From positions 1 to 36,768 of the forward strand of contig JAUCBJ010001192.1 of NCBI GenBank assembly GCA_032718475.1: a DNA stretch of 36,768 bases, given 5' to 3'. The DNA comes from Nemertoderma westbladi (taxonomy: Eukaryota > Animalia > Xenacoelomorpha). The notes beneath the pieces are model-generated. The model ran no database searches. It had not been told where the DNA came from and was given only the letters and a program-made list of their open reading frames with translations. The translations under genes and the position numbers were made by a program. This document shows, one piece after another, positions 11,937-23,108 of this stretch (position 1 is the stretch's first letter; every line of letters begins with the position of its first letter).

Positions 11937-13059
11937 TGTAAAAGCTTTTGCGGACATAACAAGTCATTTTCACGCAATGCGCAGAATACTCTAAAATAGC
12001 CCGCAAATTGTTCAGCTACGCGTCGGAAAGAAGTTAGAACCAAGATGACGAAATCTGTCAGCTGATTCTCTGTGTACGTGGAGGTTTCTTTGTTCTGTCT
12101 TATTCAGTCAATCAGAGCAATTTTCACTTTACGGCTAACAGAGACCTACTTGAGAAACTCGCGCAATGCATTATGGTTATTATTTTTCTGAGAATTAGAT
12201 TCAGCTCAGAATTCTGTGCTTCTGTACGGAAGTTTCAGACTTTGGCCCGGGAACATCTGATGGCCTTGGTTATAGGAACGTAAATCTATTAACTGAATCA
12301 CTGAACATAACTGCATCATACTGGTCATACATTTCATATGACTCTCATTTTACATCTGTTCACCGCACTGTTTCACTTCTGTTTTATATAGTATTAATTG
12401 TTGTTTATACTAATGGATGTTATATTTGGAGAATATCGATAAATAATCATAAACCCCTCAATCTTATTGATTACTGAGATCAACATTGAATACCGCTAGC
12501 AACTGCGACTTAAATTATAGTGGTTTTGTGTGAATTAAATGCTATTTCATAATCCCTACGTGTGTAAGTTGTAATTCTCCTTATATATGATCAAATTCAG
12601 TGACGGTCGGCAAATTAGTGTGAAGTAGTGTAAAGTAGTGTGAAGTAGTGTGAAGTCGTGTGAAGTAGTGTGAAGGATAATAAAGCATCTCCTAAAGAAT
12701 GCGCTATTTACGAAACTCTGTGGCCATCTAGTTGTGATTAGTATAAGTCATAACTCTGTTTTTATACTTAAAGCGCCACGTCCTAAAGGAACTGTTAATA
12801 TTTCCCCCAAAGTAAATATAGTTGTCAGAGATTATATAGTAGCGATCAATCGAATAATACAGAGTAGTCTACACTGCAATACTTCCTAAGGAACCCGAAT
12901 CCAGTCTCCCACACCGTGGGTCATACGCCGCACACGGACTGGCTTCGGCAGATGTAACTTCAGTACACCAGGTAATTGGTAAGGGCTAAAGTCGATTTAT
13001 AAACAAAATGACAATTAAAATTGGCAGGTTAAACTGCTAAAGGTCTGAAAGCGCGAACA
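11937..13059 (+). repeat. 5' LTR (1123 bp)
   Basis: Starts TGTAAAAG and ends GAACA. 12520-13059 is repeated at 19192-19731 with about 8 differences. Contains a 10-bp tagtgtgaag tandem array. Confidence 0.9.
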
Positions 13060-14816
13060 TTAATAAATTTAGTTCTTTATTGCGCAGTAGGCAATAAAGT
13101 CGAATGTACCGGTCGGACGGTAAACTGTAGGCCTAATAACCCGAACCGGTACTTAAACCTAGTATTATTTCGATTGTGATATATTGTATATTAGTAGGCT
13201 GTTTAAGAGAGTAGGGACTGTACACCCCTTATTTCTTTTAGAGCTTACATATTTCTGTCAGTTTTATTTATCTGTAAGTGTAATATTGAGGAGAAGGCGT
13301 GTAAGCCTGCTCAGATTGTATAAATTATTTGTAGGCTGGATTGTTGTCTAACTGTTGTTAGGTCTGAGGCAATTGCAGTGTATGTAGAGTGTCTGTCCGA
13401 TAAAGTGCTAGTTAGGAAGGTGGAGGCATCCAGTGCTGTAAGGTAAATCCTCCACGAAAGAATTAGCCGTACTACTTGGTTAGAATGCCTACTAACTAAC
13501 CATTTCGGAGTTTGCATATACTGTAGTTTACTTAGGCTTGACAGTAGTCTGCCAGCATTTGGTCTGTGTTTTATTTGAATAGTCTGTACGGGTAGCGTAA
13601 TATTTATTATTCAGAGTTTATGCGAGTATTCGCAACCTCCAACTCCCCAAGTTTATTCCTACAGTAATTGTGCTTGTTATACATACCGTTATAGTTAAAT
13701 TAACCCCGGTACTACATCAGGGCTGCTTGGCGTTGGTAAAGACTGGTGATTTTGTGCTCCGGTCACTCCAGCAGATACTGTGGTTCTTTTGGCTGTTCAT
13801 GTATATTTAACTGCTGGTTATTTGTTGTATAAGTACTTGTACCTAATTTAGGGTTTAGAGTACAGTGCTTTTCGAAAGTAATTTAGTGTGTAGGCAGTAT
13901 ATTTGTGTTGTAACATGGTTAATAGGTCCGTTAGCTCTGGTTGGCTTCGATATTTAACCTCTAGGTATAGGACACTCCGGGTACATAACGTAGTACTTAT
14001 AGTTTAAGACTATAAGTCGTCAGACGGTGGTATTTCCTTATCTGGACAACGCAACTTACTTACTACTACTTTATTGGTTTCAAATACCGTAGTTTCCTGT
14101 CAGTTTGTAAGAACCAGAAATTCTAACTCCTTGTTAGGCTGGTTTGTAGATTTCTTGTAAAATTACCCTACAAATTGTATGTGTAACTTGTTTATTGTTT
14201 ATTTAGAGATTGTGTAATCTCAACCCGATTCGTAAGTAATTTGTAGTGATAAGTAACTTAGTTAAGTAGAAATATCAGTATTAGTGTCTAACAAGTAGCA
14301 CTCCACTGAAAGTGTTCAGCTTCTGTGCAGTGACTCCTTACACAGAAATAATAACATTTATTTCAAATATTGTCAAAACCCATTACGGGTATATATATAT
14401 TTATAAATCAACTCAACCAGATTTATAAAATAGTAGGCCTGTTATACATCAATTAGGTCTTAATATCAGTTGAACTACTGCTAAAATATCAGTAGTAAAG
14501 TAAAAGGGAAGTAATCCATAAAATTCAGAAAATCAGTTATTATTAAATAATTGACATTACCGGTATTTACAGTAAGCTTATTATATTTATATAAAATTTA
14601 GGCTGAACTTATATACCGGTATTCTGTGACTGATCCTAGTCTGTAATAATACTTATATATATACTATAAGTGTATACCGGTATTTTAATATTAAATATAT
14701 ACCACGTTACACTGAGTAGCGATATCGGTAACTACTAGGCTGAGAAGTTGATACTGAATTCCTAGACTTGCTTTAACTGTCATTATAGTGGTAGGCATTC
14801 AACTGTAAAATAAATC

Positions 14817-17800
14817 ATGTCTGACACAAAACAAACACTGTCAGATAGTCTCCTGGAAAGAACGATCTGTGACCCAGATCAAAGTATAGAACATCTCGGA
14901 CCGAAGTCTAAATCCCCTCCTACTGTAAGAAAGGTCATCCCTACAGTAGTGGTATCGGACCCTAGGCTAGTAAAGCACCATAGGTCTATTATAGGCACTA
15001 GGGCTCAAGTTAAGCGAGACCAGGAGATAGCTGCCACACAACAACAGCACCCGAACCGAGAACTTATTTCCCAACTGCGTAGCGATGCTAGTTCCGATAC
15101 CGAAGAGTTAACGCACGAGATCGGAGCAAGGATGGAAGAAGCGGTTTATCCAGACCCACTACTAATTCTTCCTGGGGCCATACTCACTAGAGTACTGATA
15201 GCTGTGGAGGAACATCAAGCGGATTGGATGAGAAATAAGAGATCGACCAGGGACAGTTATGCGGGATACACGATGGAAGAACTAAGGTCTATTGTAGAGA
15301 CGCAATGGAACTTCCCCGGACCCGGTCTCCCGTTTAACTTATCGGAAGCTGCCTGGGAAGACTTATACCGAATGGGGATAGTAAGAGACACTCGAGATCC
15401 AGCTGTATGGAAGAGGTCAGCAGCAGGATATGTCCAGGGATTCTTCAACTCCTTGGAACGACTAGAAGAACATTTATTTCAACAACCACAAGGACCTCAA
15501 GAGCAGGGAGAACTGCTTTATCAAGTGAGAGAACGTATCTTGCGGATCAGATTAATCCTTTCAGCCTTTGAGGAAGCCTCGAAGAGAAGCCAAGACACGT
15601 CGTTGCAAGTGGCTGTAAAGACTTGGTTCCAACGAGTGAATCTTAAAGTCCAGGGAACAACATGATGGAGGGTTCAGCTAACTGAACGAGCAACCCACGG
15701 AGTATCGACAGATACAACCTTTTCTTATGTGGAAGGCGAGGCGGTATCCGAAAGACCTAGGAAGAAGGATGCTATTGACATCTATCTGTCGGATTATCAA
15801 CGATTTATAGGTGACAAAGAGCTAAGGAGACGGCTAGCTGGACTTCACCCCAATAGTGAGGGAGCCAAATTCGTGTTAGATTCTTTAGATTCGGAAATAT
15901 TAGCTGCAGAGCAGGCTAAATTTGATGAAGGCATCCTCATCACTATGGACCAAGAAGAACAAATAAAGAAAAGGCAAATAGAAGACCGAAGGTTAGCGGC
16001 AGCGGCAGAAGCTAAAGAACAGCGGCAGAAGCTGAAAGAAAAGCGGCAGCGGCAGCGGCAGTGGCAGAAGCAGAACGGAGAGCATCTGAAGCGACAGCCC
16101 AACTAGAGTTGGAGAACCTTCAGGCGAAACAAGATTACTTGAATAAACAAAGGGCAGCTACTCAGATGCAACTACTGAGTCGATCTACTCCCAGAAGACA
16201 GGGATTTACCTCCTCTGATGAAGGTGATATAACTGATCCAGAGGGTAAATGTAATAAATCTCGTTCAAGCGGATGTAGAAGAGCGCCACACCGGCAGAAG
16301 TTACCTAATTTACGGAAGCAGGACAATTCGGTCCCGGACAATTCGGTCCTAGGACAATTCGGTCCTAGGACAATTCGGTCCCGGACAATTCGGTCCCGGA
16401 CAATTCGGTCCCATTTATTTAGTGTTTTGGGACCGAATTGTCCGGGACCGAATTGTCCGGGACCGAATTGTCCGGACCGAATTGTCCGGGACCGAATTGT
16501 CCGGGACCAAATTGTCCTACATCCCTAATTTACCTCCTGCAGTGAGAAGGGAACTAGCTAATGTAGACTTAAGTAATCAAGAACCTACAGACCGAATTAT
16601 TAGAGTAGAAAGACTCCCTACTATAGTAGATGAACCCGAAATAATTAGGCCTGTTAGCGAAGCCACTCCTGTGATAGAGACCCCTTTACTTCCAGAACCT
16701 AACTCTAAATTCCCTTTGCACAGTACCAAACTACCTGTGCCCAGTAGACAACTGCTGGAATCCCAAACAGTCCTGGACGCCGAGCAAGACATTATAAACA
16801 AATTGTCTCCCGTCGTCCCGATGCGCCATCCAGCTACTACGTTGGCGACTCCCGCCTCCGCGGTTGAGTGGGTGGACGAGGGACGACGGGGGATGGAGCA
16901 GCTGCTCGGACAGCTGGAAGGTAATAAAAATAAGTCTTCCAAACAAGTCCGAGAATTGGAAAAGACTGTTCAACTGTTAAAGGGAACAGTAAGAGAGAGT
17001 AGGTTAGAGTTGCAAGAAGTACAACAAAGTATCGCTTTAGACCGCGATAAATTAGTAAATATACAAATGGTTATACCACCACCCCCTGTAACAATGTGTC
17101 AGCCCGATAGGTCTGAAGTATTTCATGCGCAAGGTGTGGAGCCTACACGCATCTATACTGCTAGCGAAGTAGAAACTCCTATAGTAAACCCTGTTAAGGG
17201 TATTTATAAGCCTGTTGATAATGATATCCCATACAGATCTGATAATAATCCGAGAAATTTATATACCGATAATTCGATATTAAATAATAGGATGGCTCAA
17301 GAAAGTTTTACACGTCAGATGGCTAGAACGGAAGCCCGTCAAGCGGTAAAGGTAGGAGAGGTCGTCAAGTTCAATGGAGATGAGATGAAATGGTTACCTT
17401 TTAATGAATATTATAAAGATAACATACAGAACTCCGTACTATCTAACGGAGAGAAACTACGATTCCTCATCGAGTGCTTGGAAGGACCTCCCAAGTTAAT
17501 GGCGTTAAAGTTTATTGGACATCCAGACGGATTGAGACAAGTTTGGGATACATTAAACATCAGGTATGGTAATAGGACTAACATAGCTAGGTATCTGTAT
17601 GCGAAATTAGTAGCGCCCCGAAAGTTTCTTAGCAGCGGGATTATAGAGTTTTCCGATGAGATTCAGGAGATCTGTAGACAGCTAGACTGGTTAGGTAACA
17701 TCAACGACGGACCTGTTACTCAGACGCGAGGTGTGCTAAGTGCGGCGCGAAACATCATATCTTGCTGCACACAGAATTTGACAGGACCCGTACAAGTCAG

Positions 17801-19191
17801 GTAAGTGAACCCGAACTACATGTCCAATTCAGTGATGTGAACGACACTGACCACAGTTCGGAGATGGAAGGATTCTACACGGACAAATTCTCAGACGAAA
17901 ATGAATCCTGTTATATGATCAACACAACTGTGTATCGAGCGCTTACGTATGAGACCGAAACAGAAGGTGAAGATCCTCGACTGTCTATTCCGGATCGACA
18001 GCCCTCTTGGAAAGCACCAACTTCATCTGTCGGTATCCGAGAATTCCCGGTGGTGCAACTGAGGGTGCATGGAATAGGGAGGAGCTTAATAGTAAACGCC
18101 CTCCTTGACTCCGGCAGTACAGGCACCTTTATCGACAAAGACCTAGCCGAAGATATCTTTGCTGGTCAACCAAAGTTCCGAACCAAACTGAACCTTTCCG
18201 GAATTATGCAGGTTTGGAAATCCACAGTAGCCACAGATTACTACGTGGGTGCGTTGTCCACTCCCCAGGATGAACTAGGAGAACATAGTGTAAGGTCGGT
18301 CAAGATGGTGGCGATAAAGAACTTTGCTAGTAGCCAAGTGGAGCCTTACAACTGGGATGAAGATCATTTTACCCAGCAACACAACATACCTAGATTCAGT
18401 ACGGATTATCCAGGGGTACAGATTTTACTCGGCCAAAATGCGCACGAGGCGCTTGAAACATTAGAAAAACGGCCTGCTCGACCGCGACCACTCCAGACGT
18501 ATGCGGGAAGAACGAGAGTGGGTTGGTACTTCACTGGACCTTCCCATAGGACCTTACTAGAAAGACTCCCAAGTCACCAGGTGAGTGAATGGGAGGAAGA
18601 TATAAGTGAAGAAGAAATTCCAGCTGAGGAAACTCCATACACCTCAGATAATGACGGCATAAGCAACTTATATGACGAGGAAAATACCATCGATCTCCTC
18701 ACTGAGAACCAAACTTGGTTAAATCAAGTCAACCTATGTAACCTTATCAACCAACTTAGCGAACAATTCACGTATAATGATGAATTAAACGTAGTGGTAG
18801 ATAGATATAATAACAAAATACGCGATGAACACGCCGTACGATTCTTTACTCAAGAAGCCGTAGAGCCTAATTCCTACGACAAAGCTTTATCTGTCGAAGT
18901 TGAATTCCGAACTATCTCTAAAGCCTTCTCTAAAGCGGTTATCGACAACATCAAACGGGATATTTACATGGACGACAATTTAAAGTCCCTCCCATCGGTG
19001 GAAGAAGCCATTGATGTTGCCAAGGGCACGGTAGAGTGCTTGCAACGCGGTGGATTTCGGCTAACCAAATTCACTAGTAACTCCCGTGAGTTTCTGGAAT
19101 CGATCCCGGTAGAAGACCAAGGTGTTAAAGATCTAGACCTCATTAAGGACGATCTTCCGGGAACCAAGACTCTTGGATTAAAATGGGACAC
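14817..19191 (+). pseudogene. BEL/Pao gag-pol remnant
   Basis: 14817 and 15729 ORFs share a frame separated by a TGA. Frameshift near 16040-16060 and a MITE at 16314. BEL gag core KFNGDEMKW..EKLRFLIECLEG..RYGN, knuckle CAKCGAKHHILLH at about 17731-17770, protease ALLDSGS, RT tail YMDD..GGFRLTKFTSNS..KTLGLKWD. Most of RT, RNase H and integrase are missing. Confidence 0.88.
16314..16524. mobile_element. Foldback MITE, Mutator/MULE-like
   Basis: Perfect 9-bp TSD ctaatttac (16305-16313 and 16525-16533), GG...CC ends, and six copies of a 15-bp ggacaattcggtccc unit in each inverted arm. Removing it restores gag RQKLPNL|PPAVRR. Confidence 0.92.
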
Positions 19192-19731
19192 GTGGTTTTG
19201 TGTGAATTAAATGCTATTTCATAATCCCTACGTGTGTCAGTTGCAATTCTCCTTATATATGATCAAATTCAGTGACGGTCGGCAAATTAGTGTGAAGTAG
19301 TGTAAAGTAGTGTGAAGTAGTGTGAAGTCGTGTGAAGTAGTGTGAAGGTTAATAAAGCATCTCCTAAAGAATGCGCTATTTACGAAACTCTGTGGCCATC
19401 TAGTTGTGATTAGTATAAGTCATAACTCTGTTTTTATACTTAAAGCGCCACGTCCTAAAGGAACTGTTAATATTTCCCCGAAAGAAAATATAGTTGTCAG
19501 AGATTATATAGTAGCGATCAATCGAATAATACAGAGTAGTCTACACTGCAATACTTCCTAAGGAACCCGAATCCAGTCTCCCACACCGTGGGTCATACGC
19601 CGCGCACGGACTGGCTTCGGCAGATGTAACTTCAGTACACCAGGTAATTGGTAAGGGCTAAAGTCGATTTATAAATAAAAGGACAATTAAAATTGGCAGG
19701 TTAAACTGCTAAAGGTCTGAAAGCGCGAACA
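19192..19731 (+). repeat. 3' LTR lacking its first ~583 bp
   Basis: Matches 12520-13059 and abuts the pol sequence directly. Confidence 0.9.
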
Positions 19732-20592
19732 ATGTTTCTGAGGGAGTAGATTATGAAACTACAGGTAATTGTTTCTTAAGATGACGCAACACAAACGTGC
19801 TTTGCATTCCACTGGGTGATTGGGCTGAGTTAGACTACTTCTCTGTGTATAAATTAAAAATTTCACTATTTTTTGGTAAAGTATGGGACTTTACATGCAT
19901 AAACCCAAATATTTATTGACTGAGGAATGATTCTCAGTTCAAATATAGACTCATATTCTTACGACCGACTATGACCTTAGAGTATTATAACACTCATGGC
20001 TTCACATATTACATTAATACAGTGCACTAATATAATCGCCATTTTAATGGTAAAGTATGGGACAATTTTCAATTGGCCGCCATGATATTTCTGAGGGAGT
20101 GAAGATGAAACTAATTGTTTTATACGATGACGCAACACAAACGTGCTTTGCATTTCACTGGGTGATTAGGCTGAGTTACATTTCTGTGAATAAACTAAAA
20201 ATTTCACTATTTTAGGTAAAGTATGGGACATCACATGATTAACTTTATCGATTTCATTACAGAGGAATTAAACACTGGTGAAATTAAATGAAACCAAAAA
20301 AATTCGAAAATGGGTTTGTTTTTTATTTGGTACATGCTCAGAAATGTTAATTTATAGGTCATAGGAAGTGCCTACAAGAAACGAAACTTTTGCACACTTT
20401 TATTCACATTTTGTGCAGAGCAGGTGCATAATTTGTAATTCGACTATTTTTGAGAAACCACCTGTGTTGATACAATTTTTAGCACTGAATTCAGGAAGTA
20501 CGATAAATTTTGACCTAAAAGAAGTATAAATTCAAAGCTACATCTCATTTTACAAAATTAGTGGGGAGGTTGACCTTTTCATGGAATGAGCC

Positions 20593-21133
20593 TTTTACCA
20601 AAACAATAAACGATCACTTTAAAAATGTTAGGGAATGGGGAGCACTTTACAGCGGCAGGGATTTATGTATACAGTATTTGTACTGTATATATTTATATCC
20701 TTTATCGGGATAAACTCTTTGCCGTCCGGTCTTTTTAGCTAAAAACGGCGCCGATATTTTATATACAGTATATATATATAACCTGACCGCATCTCACAAA
20801 TTTAACTTTAATGCTAGAGGTTAATGTGTAATCCCTGGTCCTTACAACCAAATAAAACTTTACTTTACTTCACTTCACTTAAAGTTTCTTTTTGATTCCA
20901 TTGAGTTTGTATATTGTATACTTGTATAACCTGGCGCTTTGTGGATTCTTAATTAAAGTCAAAATAAAATATATTAATGCGGAAGTAATAGTTTATAGTA
21001 GTAGTCATAGTAATAGAGCCGAAGTAATAGTTTATGCCGCACCTTTTCGTAACCAAGGTACCAAATGCTCGAATAAAGATAGGATTACAGATTTTAAATG
21101 AGTTGTAAGAATAAACTACAACGCTATTTCTTT
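20593..21133 (+). repeat. Dispersed repeat, copy A; its first bases were left at 10785-10800
   Basis: Inverted homologue at 22287-22815. Contains an internal AATAAA plus (ACTTT/ACTTC) tail-like segment. Confidence 0.8.
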
Positions 21134-21782
21134 CGTCCCCACACCCTGTACTAAGCATCCTTCCTGCCCATTTCATTGTGAATTATGTAATGTATTTGTT
21201 TATGTTTAAGTGTTATTTGGGAAAATAAAAGAAATCAATCAATCAATATAATATAATATTGTTGAATAATGTAATTACGTAAAATATAATAATTTAAAAT
21301 AAAATAAAATTTAATATTGTAATAATGTAATGTAATTAATTTGTTATTTATTATCTTACATATTAAATAATTAAATAAATTCCTGAATACCTACTGTAGA
21401 TGGGATCGGGGATGTCATGGATACTGAGGGAGGGTGTCTGATGTTTCCATGGCAACGGAAGCAGGTCGCGTCGCGATCCCCCTTATCCCTCACATCCAAT
21501 CTCCAACCACACATCACGTACTCCATCTATATCCATGTTAGCGAAACACTTCCTTTCTATGAGGCCGTTGACGGGAATATTTAAAGACGTCTTTAATATC
21601 CATAGAAACAGCGACGCATCGGTCCAGGACACTCTACTGAAACTAACGGTGGACCACCCAAAAGCGAAGGAATTCCCACCCTCGAGAACTTATCTTATAA
21701 ACTTCCTCAAGTTTCACATTAATAAAACCACTGTGTGGTTTTACTGTTCGGTTTAGTGTGTAGTGTTTCAGTTATTTATATA

Positions 21783-21820
21783 GAGTCTGAAGAAAGGCCT
21801 AGGCCAGAAAGTACTCACTT
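21783..21820 (+). ncRNA. Minimal type I hammerhead ribozyme motif in a Penelope-like pseudo-LTR fragment
   Basis: gagt-CTGAAGA-aa-ggcc-ta-ggcc-a-GAAA-gtac-TC-actt. Conserved cores, GGCC stem II, palindromic GUAC in place of stem III, and gagt/actt stem I. Confidence 0.65.
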
Positions 21821-22286
21821 AAATTAATTCAATTATTTTTTACCGTTGGGGAAGACCCTTATCTATTTGTATTTATTCAACTTATGATGGACCCCCTAAC
21901 AGCAGCATGTCGCTTTGTTTCAAGATAAAACCATATAACTCACAAGTTGACATACTATACCATATATATCCATTACCTTTAGATAAATTTTACTTAAAAC
22001 TAAGTTTTTTAAGTTACGTGGTTTTGACTTAGGAGCGCAGTATATTGTGTTTATTGAGTATTGGGTTTAGCAGTAAAAAACAGTTTATAGCAGTTCCGGG
22101 TTTATTGTTGTCAACTTGGTTATTACAATAGAAAGTATTTCGGTCCAATGTCATTATTTCATCTTTGATTCACCTAACTTTTCTGACGTCACACGTATGT
22201 TTTATTTTTCCCCAACTGGTACCGTTGCACAGTGAGGCATCCCTAACACGGACGGTGTGGGGTCTGATTTACACCTCGCCTCGGTG

Positions 22287-22815
22287 GAAAGAATTTAAAT
22301 AGCGTTGTAGTTTATTCTTACAACTCGTGTAAAATCTGTAATCCTTTCTTTCTTCTCGACTCAAGAATCTCGAGCATTTCGTACCTTGGTTAGGGAAAGA
22401 TGCGGCATAAACTATTACTTCGGCTCTACTGCTGCCCGCATTAATATATTTTATTTTGACTTTAACTAATCCACAAAGCGCCAGGTTATACAAGTATACA
22501 ATATACAAACTCAATGGAACCAAAAACAAACTTTAGGTGAAGTAAAGTAGTTTTATTCGGTTGTAAGGACAGGGATTACGCATTAACCTCTAGAACTAAA
22601 GTGATATTTGTGAGAGGAGGTTAAGTTATATAAAATATCGGCCCCGTTTTTAGCTAAAAAGACCGGACGGCAGAGAGGTTATCACGATAAAGGGTATAAA
22701 TATATACAGTACAAATATAAATATGTATACATAAAACCCTGCCGCTGTAAAGTGCTCCAATTCACTGAATTGTTAAAGTGATTGTTTATTGTTTTGGTAA
22801 AAAAGGAATAAGTGC
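22287..22815 (-). repeat. Dispersed repeat, copy B (inverted)
   Basis: Reverse complement aligns with 10785-10800 plus 20593-21133. The spurious ORFs at 20892 and 22269 translate alike. Confidence 0.8.
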
Positions 22816-23108
22816 ATGGGAATTAGTGGGAATCGGTTGAAGGGGGTCAAAGGAGATATAACTCGACATGCTACTAATTTATAAGTTTCACTTCGATTCA
22901 TTGATTGATTTGGTTTGTGTTGCATTAAATTCAGATTCACTGAAAACATTAATAACCTGAAAATCATGTATTTAATCAGTTACAAATACATATAATTCAC
23001 TACAAAATACAACAATTTTGTTACCGGTAGATTTAAGATTTATGAACAGAATTGATATGGGTGTTTAGGTAGACTTGCCGACGGAATTCTTTATGACAAT
23101 AACCGCAC

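Larger units (their letters stand above)
11937..19731 (+). mobile_element. BEL/Pao LTR retrotransposon, internally deleted
   Basis: TG...CA ends with a 5-bp TSD ATGTT (11932-11936 and 19732-19736). Gag, protease and RT remnants are BEL-type. Confidence 0.92.
10802..20592. mobile_element. Non-autonomous TIR DNA transposon (superfamily unassigned, GG...CC ends), about 2 kb of own sequence, interrupted by a BEL/Pao element
   Basis: TIRs ggctcattcca (10802) and tggaatgagcc (ends 20592). About 9 direct copies of gtaaagta(c/t)gggac on both sides of the BEL insertion. Its flanks rejoin to match the uninterrupted paralogous site at about 22790-22815. Confidence 0.8.

Noticed and set aside
13060-13090. 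tRNA primer-binding site after the 5' LTR
   Set aside because: No clear TGG-initiated match, so it was not called.
16314-16528. RTIRS / DRIVR / GPNCP peptide repeats as a novel protein domain
   Set aside because: They are translations of the foldback MITE's 15-bp units.
19185-19200. Pol-to-LTR junction as a retrotransposed splice product
   Set aside because: An AG precedes the site in the LTR, but the 5' LTR is intact; reverse transcription of a spliced RNA would have altered both LTRs.
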